Made by a program: the position numbers and the translations under genes
Assembly: GCA_964016885.1 (NCBI GenBank)
Contig: OZ024741.1
Span: 415,276,001-415,340,000, forward strand
From: Eledone cirrhosa
Lineage: Eukaryota
Length of the DNA: 64,000 bases
Reading direction: 5' to 3'
Part shown: positions 39,201 to 54,200 of the stretch, piece by piece
Layout of the letters: the number at the start of each line of letters is the position of its first letter
Numbering within the stretch: the first letter of the stretch is position 1
The notes under the pieces: model-generated
Seen by the model: only the letters and a program-made list of their open reading frames with translations
Told to the model about the DNA's origin: nothing
The model's database searches: none

Positions 39201-42200
39201 ACCAGCCTGGTCAACACTGACCAGCACTATTATCTACAGTTGTCTTAACCCTTTGGTTACCAACCTGGTCAACACTGACCAGCACTATTATCTACAGTTG
39301 TCGTAACCCTTTAGTTACCAACCTGGTCAACACTGACCAGGACTATTACCTACAGTTGTCTTAACCCTTTAGTTACCAACCTGGTCAACACTGACTAGAA
39401 CTATTAGCTACAGTTGTCTTAACCCTTTAGTTACCAACCTGGTCAACACTAACCAGGACTATTACCTACAGTTGTCTTAACCCTTTAGTTACCAACCTGG
39501 TCAACACTTACCAGGACTATTACCTACAGTTGTCTTAACCCTTTAGTTACAAACCTGGTCAACAATAACCAGGACTATTACCTACAGTTGTCTTAACCCT
39601 TTAGTTACCAACCTGGTCAACACTGACCAGGACTATTACCTACAGTTGTCTTAACCCTTTAGTTACTAACCTGGTCAACACTGACCAGGACTATTACCTA
39701 GAGTTGTCCTAACCCTTTAGTTACCAATCTGGTCAACACTAACCAGGACTATTATCTACAGTTGTCTTAACCCTTTAGTTACCAACCTGGTCAACACTTA
39801 CCAGGACTATTACCTACAGTTGTCTTAACCCTTTAGTTACCAACCTGGTCAACACTAACCAGGACTATTACCTACAGTTGTCTTAACCCTTTAGTTACCA
39901 GTCTGGTCAACACTAACCAGGACTATTACCTACAGTTGTCTTAACACTTTAGTTACCAATCTGGTCAACACTGACCAGGACTATTACCTACAGTTCTCTT
40001 AACCCTTTAGTTACCAGCCTGGTCAACACTGACCAGCACTATTATCTACAGTTGTCTTAACACTTTGGTTACCAACCCGGTCAACACTGACCAGCACTAT
40101 TATGTACAGTTGTCGTAACCCTTTAGTTACCAACCTGGTCAACACTGACCGGGACTATTACCTACAGTTGTCTTAACCCTTTAGTTACCAACCTGGTCAA
40201 CACTGACCAGAACTATTAGCTACAGTTGTCTTAACCCTTTAGTTACCAACCTGGTCAACACTAACCAGGACTATTACCTACAGTTGTCTTAACCCTTTAG
40301 TTACCAACCTGGTCAACACTTACCAGGACTATTACCTACAGTTGTCTTAACCCTTTAGTTACAAACCTGGTCAACAATAACCAGGACTATTACCTACAGT
40401 TGTCTTAACCCTTTAGTTACCAACCTGGTCAACACTGACCAGGACTATTACCTACAGTTGTCTTAACCCTTTAGTTACTAACCTGGTCAACACTGACCAG
40501 GACTATTACCTACAGTTGTCTTAACGCTTTAGTTACCAACCTGGTCAACACTTACCAGGACTATTACCTACAGTTGTCTTAACCCTTTAGTTACCAACCT
40601 GGTCAACACTAACCAGGACTATTACCTACAGTTGTCTTAACCCTTTAGTTACCAACCTGGTCAACACTGACCAGGACTATTACCTACAGTTGTCTTAACC
40701 CTTTAGTTACTAACCTGGTCAACACTGACCAGCACTATTATCTACAGTTGTCGTAACACTTTAGTTACCAACCTGGTCAACACTTACCAGGACTATTACC
40801 TACAGTTGTCTTAACACTTTAGTTACCAACCTGGTCAACACTTACCAGGACTATTACCTACAGTTGTCTTATCCCTTTAGTTACCAACCTGGTCAACACT
40901 GACCAGGACTATTACCTACAGTTGTCTTAACCCTTTAGTTACCAACCTGGTCAACACTGACCAGGACTATTACCTACAGTTGTCTTAAACCTTTAGTTTC
41001 CAACCTGGTCAACACTGACCAGGAATATTACCTGCAGTTGTCTTAACCCTTTAGTTACCAACCTGGTCAACACTGACCAGGACTATTGCCTAAAGTTGTC
41101 TTAACCCTTTAGTTAAGTTACCAACCTGGTCAATAGTGACCAGAACTATTACCTACAGTTGTCTTAACCCTTTAGTTACCAACCTGGTCAACACTGACCA
41201 GGACTATTACCTACAGTTGTCTTGACTCTTTAGTTTCCAACCTGGTCAACACTGACCAGGACTATTACCTTCAGTTGTCTTAACCCTTTAGTTACCAGTC
41301 TGGTCAACCCTGACCAGCACTATTATCTACAGTTGTCTTAACCCTTTAGTTACCACTCTGGTCAACACTGACCAGCACTATTATCTACAGTTGTCTTGAC
41401 CCTTTAGTTACCAGTCTGGTCAACACTGACCAGGACTATTACCTACAGTTGTCGTAACACTTTAGTTATCAACCTAGTCAACACTAACCAGGACTATTAT
41501 CTACAGTTGTCGTAACACTTTAGTTACCAAACTGGTCAACACTTACCAGGACTATTACCTACAGTTGTCTTAACACTTTAGTTACCAGCCTGGTCAACAC
41601 TTACCAGGACTATTACCTACAGTTGTCTTAACCCTTTAGTTACCAACCTAGTCAACACTAACCAGGACTATTAACTACAGTTGTCTTGACCCTTTAGTTA
41701 CCAACCTGGTCAACATTGACCAGGACTATTACCTACAGTTGTCTTAACCCTTTAGTTACCAACCTGGTCAACACTGACCAGGACTATTACCTACAGTTGT
41801 CTTAACCCTTTAGTTACCAACCTGGTCAACACTAACCAGGAATATTATCTACAGTTGTGTTAACCCTTTAGTTACCAACCTGGTCAACACTAACCAGGAC
41901 TATTACCTACAGTTGTCTTAAACCTTTAGTTTCCAACCTGGTCAACACAGACCAGGACTATTACCTACAGTTGTCTTAACCCTTTAGTTACCAACCCAGT
42001 CAACACTAACCAGGACGATTACCTACAGTTCTCTTAACCCTTTAGTTACCAACCTGGTCAACACTTACCAGCACTATTATCTACAGTTGTCTTAAGCCTT
42101 TAGTTAACAGTCTGGTCAACACTGACCAGCACTATTATCTACAGTTGTCTTAACCCTTTAGTTACCAGTCTAGTCAACACTGACCAGCACTATTATCTAC

Positions 42201-45200
42201 AGTTGTCGTAACACTTTAGTTACCAACCTGGTCAACACTTACCAGGACTATTACCTACAGTTGATGTAACCCTTTAGTTACCAACCTGGTCAACACTAAC
42301 CAGGACTATTACCTACAGTTGTCTTAACCCTTTAAATTCCAACCTGGTCAACACTGACCAGGACTATTGCCTACAGTTGTCTTAACCCTTTAGTTACCAA
42401 CATGGTCAACACTGACCAGGACTATTGCCTACATTTGTCTTAACCCTTTAGTTACCAACCTGGTCAACACTGACCAGAACTATTGCCTACAGTTGTCTTA
42501 ACCCTTTAGTTACCAACCTGGTCAACACTGACCAGGACTATTACCTACAGTTGTCTTAACCCTTTAGTTACCAACCTGGTCAACACTGACCAGGACTATT
42601 ACCTACAGTTCTCTTAACCCTTTAGTTACCAGTCTGGTCAACACTGACCAGCACTATTATCTACAGTTGTCTTAACCCTTTAGTTACCAACCTGGTCAAC
42701 ATTTACCAGGACTATTACCTACAGTTGTCTTAACCCTTTAGTTACCAACCTGGTCAACACTGACCAGGACTATTACCTACAGTTGTCTTAACCCTTTAGT
42801 TACCAACCTGGTCAACACTTACCAGGACTATTACCTACAGTTGTCTTAACCCTTTAGTTACCAACCTGGTCAACACTAACCAGGACTATTACCTACAGGT
42901 GTCTTAACCCTTTAGTTACCAACCTGGTCAACACTAACCAGGACTACTACCTACAGTTGTCTTAACCCTTTAGTTACCAACCTGGTCAACACTTACCAGG
43001 ACTATTACCTACAGTTGTCTTAACCCTTTAGTTACAAACCTGGTCAATAATAACCAGGACTATTACCTACAGTTGTCTTAACCCTTTAGTTACCAACCTG
43101 GTCAAGACTGACCAGGACTATTACCTACAGTTGTCTTAACCCTTTAGTTACTAACCTGGTCAACACTGACCAGGACTATTACCTACAGTTGTCCTAACCC
43201 TTTAGTTACCAATCTGGTCAACACTAACCAGGACTATTATCTACAGTTGTCTTAACCCTTTAGTTACCAACCTGGTCAAAACTTACCAGGACTATTACCT
43301 ACAGTTGTCTTAACCCTTTAGTTACCAACCTGGTCAACACTAACCAGGACTATTACCTACAGTTGTCTTAACCCTTTAGTTACCAGTCTGGTCAACACTA
43401 ACCAGGACTATTACCTACAGTTGTCTTAACACTTTAGTTACCAATCTGGTCAACACTGACCAGGACTATTACCTACAGTTCTCTTAACCCTTTAGTTACC
43501 AGCCTGGTCAACACTGACCAGCACTATTATCTACAGTTGTCTTAACCCTTTGGTTACCAACCTGGTCAACACTGACCAGCACTATTATGTACAGTTGTCG
43601 TAACCCTTTAGTTACCAACCTGGTCAACACTGACCAGGACTATTACCTACAGTTGTCTTAACCCTTTAGTTACCAACCTGGTCAACACTGACCAGAACTA
43701 TTAGCTACAGTTGTCTTAACCCTTTAGTTACCAACCTGGTCAACACTAACCAGGACTATTACCTACAGTTGTCTTAACCCTTTAGTTACCAACCTGGTCA
43801 ACACTTACCAGGACTATTACCTACAGTTGTCTTAACCCTTTAGTTACAAACCTTTTCAACAATAACCAGGACTATTACCTACAGTTGTCTTAACCCTTTA
43901 ATTACCAACCTGGTCAACACTGACCAGAACTATTACCTACAGTTGTCTTAACCCTTTAGTTACTAACCTGGTCAACACTGACCAGGACTATTACCTACAG
44001 TTGTCTTAACCCTTTAGTTCCCAACCTGGTCAACACTTACCAGGACTATTACCTACAGTTGTCTTAACCCTTTAGTTACCAACCTGGTCAACACTAACCA
44101 GGATTATTACCTACAGTTGTCTTAACCCTTTAGTTACCAGTCTGGTCAACACTAACCAGGACTATTACCTACAGTTGTCTTAACACTTTAGTTACCAATC
44201 TGGTCAACACTGACCAGGACTATTACCTACAGTTCTCTTAACCCTTTAGTTACCAGCCTGGTCAACACTGACCAGCACTATTATCTACAGTTGTCTTAAC
44301 CCTTTGGTTACCAACCTGGTCAACACTGACCAGCACTATTATCTACAGTTGTCGTAACCCTTTAGTTACCAACCTGGTCAACACTGACCAGGACTATTAC
44401 CTACAGTTGTCTTAACCCTTTAGTTACCAACCTGGTCAACACTGACCAGAACTATTAGCTACAGTTGTCTTAACCCTTTAGTTACAAACCTGGTCAACAA
44501 TAACCAGGACTATTACCTACAGTTGTCTTAACCCTTTAGTTACCAACCTGGTCAACACTGACCAGGACTTACCTACAGTTGTCTTAACCCTTTAGTTACT
44601 AACCTGGTCAACACTGACCAGGACTATTACCTACAGTTGTCTTAACCCTTTAGTTACCAACCTGGTCAACACTTACCAGGACTATTACCTACAGTTGTCT
44701 TAACCCTTTAGTTACCAACCTGGTCAACACTAACCAGGACTATTACCTACAGTTGTCTTAACCCTTTAGTTACCTGTCTGGTCAACACTAACCAGGACTA
44801 TTACCTAGAGTTGTCTTAACACTTTAGTTACCAATCTGGTCAACACTGACCAGGACTATTACCTACAGTTCTCTTAACCCTTTAGTTACCAGCCTGGTCA
44901 ACACTGACCAGCACTATTATCTACAGTTGTCTTAACCCTTTGGTTACCAACCTGGTCAACACTGACCAGCACTATTATCTACAGTTGTCGTAACCCTTTA
45001 GTTACCAACCTGGTCAACACTGACCAGGACTATTACCTACAGTTGTCTTAACCCTTTAGTTACCAACCTGGTCAACACTAACCAGGACTATTACCTACAG
45101 TTGTCTTAACCCTTTAGTTACCAACCTGGTCAACACTTACCAGGACTATTACCTACTGTTGTCTTAACCCTTTAGTTACAAACCTGGTCAACAATAACCA

Positions 45201-48200
45201 GGACTATTACCTACAGTTGTCTTAACCCTTTAGTTACCAACCTGGTCAACACTGACCAGGACTATTACCTACAGTTGTCTTAACCCTTTAGTTACTAACC
45301 TGGTCAACACTGACCAGGTCTATTACCTACAGTTGTCCTAACCCTTTAGTTACCAATCTGGTCAACACTAGCCAGGACTATTATCTACAGTTGTCTTAAC
45401 CCTTTAGTTACCAACCTGGTCAACACTTACCAGGACTATTACCTACAGTTGTCTTAACCCTTTAGTTACCAACCTGGTCAACACTTACCAGGACTATTAC
45501 CTACAGTTGTCTTAACCCTTTAGTTACAAACCTGGTCAACACTGACCAGGACTATTACCTACAGGTGTCTTAACCCTTTAGTTACTAACCTGGTCAACAC
45601 TGACCAGGACTATTACCTACAGTTGTCCTAACCCTTTAGTTACCAATCTGGTCAACACTAACCAGGACTATTATCTACAGTTGTCTTAACCCTTTAGTTA
45701 CCAACCTGGTCAACACTTACCAGGACTATTACCTACAGTTGCCTTAACCCTTTAGTTACCAACCTGGTCAACACTAACCAGGACTATTACCTACAGTTGT
45801 CTTAATCCTTTAGTTACCAGTCTGGTCAACACTAACCAGGACTATTACCTACAGTTGTCTTAACAATTTAGTTACCAATCTGGTCAACACTGACCAGGAC
45901 TATTACCTACAGTTCTCTTAACCCTTTAGTTACCAGCCCGGTCAACACTGACCAGCACTATTATCTACAGTTGTCTTAACCCTTTGGTTACCAACCTGGT
46001 CAACACTGACCAGCACTATTATGTACAGTTGTCTTAACCCTTTAGTTACCAACCTGGTCAACACTGACCAGGACTATTACCTACAGTTGTCTTAACCCTT
46101 TAGTTACCAACCTGCTCAACACTGACCAGAACTATTAGCTACAGTTGTCTTAACCCTTTAGTTCCCAACCTGGTCAACACTTACCAGGACTATTACCTAC
46201 AGTTGTCTTAACCCTTTAGTTACCAACCTGGTCAACACTAACCAGGACTATTACCTACAGTTGTCTTAACCCTTTAGTTACCAGTCTGGTCAACACTAAC
46301 CAGGACTATTACCTACAGTTGTCTTAACACTTTAGTTACCAATCTGGTCAACACTGACCAGGACTATTACCTACAGTTCTCTTAACCCTTTAGTTACCAG
46401 CCTGGTCAACACTGACCAGCACTATTATCTACAGTTGTCTTAACCCTTTGGTTACCAACCTGGTCAACACTGACCAGCACTATTATCTACAGTTGTCGTA
46501 ACCCTTTAGTTACCAACCTGGTCAACACTGACCAGGACTATTACCTACAGTTGTCTTAACCCTTTAGTTACCAACCTGGTCAACACTGACCAGGACTATT
46601 ACCTACAGTTGTCTTAACCCTTTAGTTACTAACCTGGTCAACACTGACCAGGACTATTACCTACAGTTGTCCTAACCCTTTAGTTACCAATCTGCTCAAC
46701 ACTAGCCAGGACTATTATCTACAGTTGTCTTAACCCTTTAGTTACCAACCTGGTCAACACTTACCAGGACTATTACCTACAGTTGTCTTAACCCTTTAGT
46801 TACCAACCTGGTCAACACTTACCAGGACTATTACCTACAGTTGTCTTAACCCTTTAGTTACAAACCTGGTCAACACTGACCAGGACTATTACCTACAGTT
46901 GTCTTAACCCTTTAGTTACTAACCTGCTCAACACTGACCAGGACTATTACCTACAGTTGTCCTAACCCTTTAGTTACCAATCTGGTCAACACTAACCAGG
47001 ACTATTATCTACAGTTGTCTTAACCCTTTAGTTACCAACCTGGTCAACACTTACCAGGACTATTACCTACAGTTGCCTTAACCCTTTAGTTACCAACCTG
47101 GTCAACACTAACCAGGACTATTACCTACAGTTGTCTTAAACCTTTAGTTTCCAACCTGGTCAACACAGACCAGGACTATTACCTACAGTTGTCTTAACCC
47201 TTTAGTTACCAACCCAGTCAACACTAACCAGGACGATTACCTACAGTTCTCTTAACCCTTTAGTTACCAACCTGGTCAACACTTACCAGCACTATTATCT
47301 ACAGTTGTCTTAAGCCTTTAGTTAACAGTCTGGTCAACACTGACCAGCACTATTATCTACAGTTGTCTTAACCCTTTAGTTACCAGTCTAGTCAACACTG
47401 ACCAGCACTATTATCTACAGTTGTCGTAACACTTTAGTTACCAACCTGGTCAACACTTACCAGGACTATTACCTACAGTTGATGTAACCCTTTAGTTACC
47501 AATCTGGTCAACACTAACCAGGACTATTACCTACAGTTGTCTTAACCCTTTAAATTCCAACCTGGTCAACACTGACCAGGACTATTGCCTACAGTTGTCT
47601 TAACCCTTTAGTTACCAACCTGGTCAACACTGACCAGGACTATTGCCTACATTTGTCTTAACCCTTTAGTTACCAACCTGGTCAACACTGACCAGAACTA
47701 TTGCCTACAGTTGTCTTAACCCTTTAGTTACCAACCTGGTCAACACTGACCAGGACTATTACCTACAGTTGACTTAACCCTTTAGTTACCAACCTGGTCA
47801 ACACTGACCAGGACTATTACCTACAGTTCTCTTAACCCTTTAGTTACCAGTCTGGTCAACACTGACCAGCACTATTATCTACAGTTGTCTTAACCCTTTA
47901 GTTACCAACCTGGTCAACATTTACCAGGACTATTACCTACAGTTGTCTTAACCCTTTAGTTACCAACCTGGTCAACACTGACCAGGACTATTACCTACAG
48001 TTGTCTTAACCCTTTAGTTACCAACCTGGTCAACACTTACCAGGACTATTACCTACAGTTGTCTTAACCCTTTAGTTACCAACCTGGTCAACACTAACCA
48101 GGACTATTACCTACAGGTGTCTTAACCCTTTAGTTACCAACCTGGTCAACACTAACCAGGACTATTACCTACAGTTGTCTTAACCCTTTAGTTACCAACC

Positions 48201-51200
48201 TGGTCAACACTTACCAGGACTATTACCTACAGTTGTCTTAACCCTTTAGTTACAAACCTGGTCAATAATAACCAGGACTATTACCTACAGTTGTCTTAAC
48301 CCTTTAGTTACCAACCTGGTCAAGACTGACCAGGACTATTACCTACAGTTGTCTTAACCCTTTAGTTACTAACCTGGTCAACACTGACCAGGACTATTAC
48401 CTACAGTTGTCCTAACCCTTTAGTTACCAATCTGGTCAACACTAACCAGGACTATTATCTACAGTTGTCTTAACCCTTTAGTTACCAACCTGGTCAAAAC
48501 TTACCAGGACTATTACCTACAGTTGTCTTAACCCTTTAGTTACCAACCTGGTCAACACTAACCAGGACTATTACCTACAGTTGTCTTAACCCTTTAGTTA
48601 CCAGTCTGGTCAACACTAACCAGGACTATTACCTACAGTTGTCTTAACACTTTAGTTACCAATCTGGTCAACACTGACCAGGACTATTACCTACAGTTCT
48701 CTTAACCCTTTAGTTACCAGCCTGGTCAACACTGACCAGCACTATTATCTACAGTTGTCTTAACCCTTTGGTTACCAACCTGGTCAACACTGACCAGCAC
48801 TATTATGTACAGTTGTAACCCTTTAGTTACCAACCTGGTCAACACTGACCAGGACTATTACCTACAGTTGTCTTAACCCTTTAGTTACCAACCTGGTCAA
48901 CACTGACCAGAACTATTAGCTACAGTTGTCTTAACCCTTTAGTTACCAACCTGGTCAACACTAACCAGGACTATTACCTACAGTTGTCTTAACCCTTTAG
49001 TTACCAACCTGGTCAACACTTACCAGGACTATTACCTACAGTTGTCTTAACCCTTTAGTTACAAACCTTTTCAACAATAACCAGGACTATTACCTACAGT
49101 TGTCTTAACCCTTTAGTTACCAACCTGGTCAACACTGACCAGAACTATTACCTACAGTTGTCTTAACCCTTTAGTTACTAACCTGGTCAACACTGACCAG
49201 GACTATTACCTACAGTTGTCTTAACCCTTTAGTTCCCAACCTGGTCAACACTTACCAGGACTATTACCTACAGTTGTCTTAACCCTTTAGTTACCAACCT
49301 GGTCAACACTGACCAGGACTATTACCTACAGTTGTCTTAACCCTTTAGTTACTAACCTGGTCAACACTGACCAGGACTATTACCTAGAGTTGTCCTAACC
49401 CTTTAGTTACCAATCTGGTCAACACTAACCAGGACTATTATCTACAGTTGTCTTAACCCTTTAGTTACCAACCTGGTCAACACTTACCAGGACTATTACC
49501 TACAGTTGTCTTAACCCTTTAGTTACCAGTCTGGTCAACACTAACCAGGACTATTACCTACAGTTGTCTTAACCCTTTAGTTACCAGTCTGGTCAACACT
49601 AACCAGGACTATTACCTACAGTTGTCTTAACACTTTAGTTACCAATCTGGTCAACACTGACCAGGACTATTACCTACAGTTGTCTTAACCCTTTAGTTAC
49701 CAACCTGGTCAACACTGACCAGAACTATTAACTACAGTTGTCTTAACTCTTTAGTTACCAACCTGGTCAACACTAACCAGGACTATTACCTACAGTTGTC
49801 TTAACCCTTTAGTTACCAACCTGGTCAACACTTACCAGGACTATTACCTACAGTTGTCTTAACCCTTTAGTTACAAACCTGGTCAACAATAACCAGGACT
49901 ATTACCTACAGTTGTCTTAACCCTTTAGTTACCGACCTGGTCAACACTGACCAGGACTATTACCTACAGTTGTCTTAACCCTTTAGTTACTAACCTGGTC
50001 AACACTGACCAGGACTATTACCTACAGTTGTCTTAACCCTTTAGTTACCAACCTGGTCAACACTTACCAGGACTATTACCTACAGTTGTCTTAACCCTTT
50101 AGTTACCAACCTGGTCAACACTAACCAGGACTATTACCTACAGTTGTCTTAACCCTTTAGTTACCAGTCTGGTCAACACTAACCAGGACTATTACCTAGA
50201 GTTGTCTTAACACTTTAGTTACCAATCTGGTCAACACTGACCAGGACTATTACCTACAGTTCTCTTAACCCTTTAGTTACCAGCCTGGTCAACACTGACC
50301 AGCACTATTATCTACAGTTGTCTTAACCCTTTAGTTACCAACCTGGTCAACACTTACCAGGACTATTACCTACAGTTGTCTTAACCCTTTAGTTACAAAC
50401 CTGGTCAACAATAACCAGGACTATTACCTACAGTTGTCTTAACCCTTTAGTTACCAACCTGGTCAACACTGACCAGGACTATTACCTACAGTTGTCTTAA
50501 CCCTTTAGTTACTAACCTGGTCAACACTGACCAGGACTATTACCTACAGTTGTCCTAACCCTTTAGTTACCAATCTGCTCAACACTAGCCAGGACTATTA
50601 TCTACAGTTGTCTTAACCCTTTAGTTACCAACCTGGTCAACACTTACCAGGACTATTACCTACAGTTGTCTTAACCCTTTAGTTACCAACCTGGTCAACA
50701 CTTACCAGGACTATTACCTACAGTTGTCTTAACCCTTTAGTTACAAACCTGGTCAACACTGATCAGGACTATTACCTACAGTTGTCTTAACCCTTTAGTT
50801 ACTAACCTGCTCAACACTGACCAGGACTATTACCTACAGTTGTCCTAACCCTTTAGTTACCAATCTGGTCAACACTAACCAGGACTATTATCTACAGTTG
50901 TCTTAACCCTTTAGTTACCAACCTGGTCAACACTTACCAGGACTATTACCTACAGTTGCCTTAACCCTTTAGTTACCAACCTGGTCAACACTAACCAGGA
51001 CTATTACCTACAGTTGTCTTAATCCTTTAGTTACCAGTCTGGTCAACACTAACCAGGACTATTACCTACAGTTGTCTTAACACTTTAGTTACCAATCTGG
51101 TCAACACTGACCAGGACTATTACCTACAGTTCTCTTAACCCTTTAGTTACCAGCCCGGTCAACACTGACCAGCACTATTATCTACAGTTGTCTTAACCCT

Positions 51201-54200
51201 TTGGTTACCAACCTGGTCAACACTGACCAGCACTATTATGTACAGTTGTCTTAACCCTTTAGTGACCAACCTGGTCAACACTGACCAGGACTATTACCTA
51301 CAGTTGTCTTAACCCTTTAGTTACCAACCTGCTCAACACTGACCAGAACTATTAGCTACAGTTGTCTTAACCCTTTAGTTACCAACCTGGTCAACACTAA
51401 CCAGGACTATTACCTACAGTTGTCTTAACCCTTTAGTTACCAACCTGGTCAACACTTACCAGGACTATTACCTACAGTTGTCTTAACCCTTTAGTTACAA
51501 ACCTGGTCAACAATAACCAGGACTATTACCTACAGTTGTCTTAACCCTTTAGTTACCAACCTGGTCAACACTGACCAGGACTATTACCTACAGTTGTCTT
51601 AACCCTTTAGTTACTAACCTGGTCAACACTGACCAGGACTATTACCTACAGTTGTCTTAACCCTTTAGTTACCAACCTGGTCAACACTTACCAGGACTAT
51701 TACCTACAGTTGTCTTAACCCTTTAGTTACCAACCTGGTCAACACTAACCAGGACTATTACCCACACTTGTCTTAACCCTTTAGTTACCAGTCTGGTCAA
51801 CACTAACCAGGACTATTACCTACAGTTGTCTTAACACTTTAGTTACCAATCTGGTCAACACTGACCAGGACTATTACCTACAGTTCTCTTAACCCTTTAG
51901 TTACCAGCCTGGTCAACACTGACCAGCACTATTATCTACAGTTGTCTTAACCCTTTGGTTACCAACCTGGTCAACACTGACCAGCACTATTATCTACAGT
52001 TGTCGTAACCCTTTAGTTACCAACCTGGTCAACACTGACCAGGACTATTACCTACAGTTGTCTTAACCCTTTAGTTACCAACCTGGTCAACACTGACTAG
52101 AACTATTAGCTACAGTTGTCTTAACCCTTTAGTTACCAACCTGGTCAACACTAACCAGGACTATTACCTACAGTTGTCTTAACCCTTTAGTTACCAACCT
52201 GGTCAACACTTACCAGGACTATTACCTACAGTTGTCTTAACCCTTTAGTTACAAACCTGGTCAAAAATAACCAGGACTATTACCTACAGTTGTCTTAACC
52301 CTTTAGTTACCAACCTGGTCAACACTGACCAGGACTATTACCTACAGTTGTCTTAACCCTTTAGTTACTAACCTGGTCAACACTGACCAGGACTATTACC
52401 TAGAGTTGTCCTAACCCTTTAGTTACCAATCTGGTCAACACTAACCAGGACTATTATCTACAGTTGTCTTAACCCTTTAGTTACCAACCTGGTCAACACT
52501 TACCAGGACTATTACCTACAGTTGTCTTAACCCTTTAGTTACCAACCTGGTCAACACTAACCAGGACTATTACCTACAGTTGTCTTAACCCTTCAGTTAC
52601 CAGTCTGGTCAACACTAACCAGGACTATTACCTACAGTTGTCTTAACCCTTTAGTTACCAACCTGGTCAACACTAACCAGGACTATTACCTACAGTTGTC
52701 TTAACCCTTTAGTTACCAACCTGGTCAACACTGACCAGGACTATTACCTACAGTTGTCTTAACCCTTTAGTTACTAACCTGGTCAACACTGACCAGCACT
52801 ATTATCTACAGTTGTCGTAACACTTTAGTTACCAACCTGGTCAACACTTACCAGGACTATTACCTACAGTTGTCTTAACACTTTAGTTACCAACCTGGTC
52901 AACACTTACCAGGACTATTACCTACAGTTGTCTTATCCCTTTAGTTACCAACCTGGTCAACACTGACCAGGACTATTACCTACAGTTGTCTTAACCCTTT
53001 AGTTACCAACCTGGTCAACACTGACCAGGACTATTACCTACAGTTGTCTTAAACCTTTAGTTTCCAACCTGGTCAACACTGACCAGGAATATTACCTGCA
53101 GTTGTCTTAACCCTTTAGTTACCAACCTGGTCAACACTAACCAGGACTATTACCTAAAGTTGTCTTAACCCTTTAGTTAAGTTACCAACCTGGTCAATAG
53201 TGACCAGAACTATTACCTACAGTTGTCTTAACCCTTTAGTTACCAACCTGGTCAACACTGACCAGGACTATTACCTACAGTTGTCTTGACTCTTTAGTTT
53301 CCAACCTGGTCAACACTGACCAGGACTATTACCTTCAGTTGTCTTAACCCTTTAGTTACCAGTCTGGTCAACCCTGACCAGCACTATTATCTACAGTTGT
53401 CTTAACCCTTTAGTTACCACTCTGGTCAACACTGACCAGCACTATTATCTACAGTTGTCTTGACCCTTTAGTTACCAGTCTGGTCAACACTGACCAGGAC
53501 TATTACCTACAGTTGTCGTAACACTTTAGTTATCAACCTAGTCAACACTAACCAGGACTATTATCTGCAGTTGTCGTAACACTTTAGTTACCAAACTGGT
53601 CAACACTTACCAGGACTATTACCTACAGTTGTCTTAACACTTTAGTTACCAGCCTGGTCAACACTTACCAGGACTATTACCTACAGTTGTCTTAACCCTT
53701 TAGTTACCAACCTAGTCAACACTAACCAGGACTATTAACTACAGTTGTCTTGACCCTTTAGTTACCAACCTGGTCAACATTGACCAGGACTAATACCTAC
53801 AGTTGTCTTAACCCTTTAGTTACCAACCTGGTCAACACTGACCAGGACTATTACCTACAGTTGTCTTAACCCTTTAGTTACCAACCTGGTCAACACTAAC
53901 CAGGAATATTATCTACAGTTGTGTTAACCCTTTAGTTACCAACCTGGTCAACACTAACCAGGACTATTACCTACAGTTGTCTTAAACCTTTAGTTTCCAA
54001 CCTGGTCAACACAGACCAGGACTATTACCTACAGTTGTCTTAACCCTTTAGTTACCAACCCAGTCAACACTAACCAGGACGATTACCTACAGTTCTCTTA
54101 ACCCTTTAGTTACCAACCTGGTCAACACTGACCAGCACTATTATCTACAGTTGTCTTAAGCCTTTAGTTAACAGTCTGGTCAACACTGACCGGCACTATT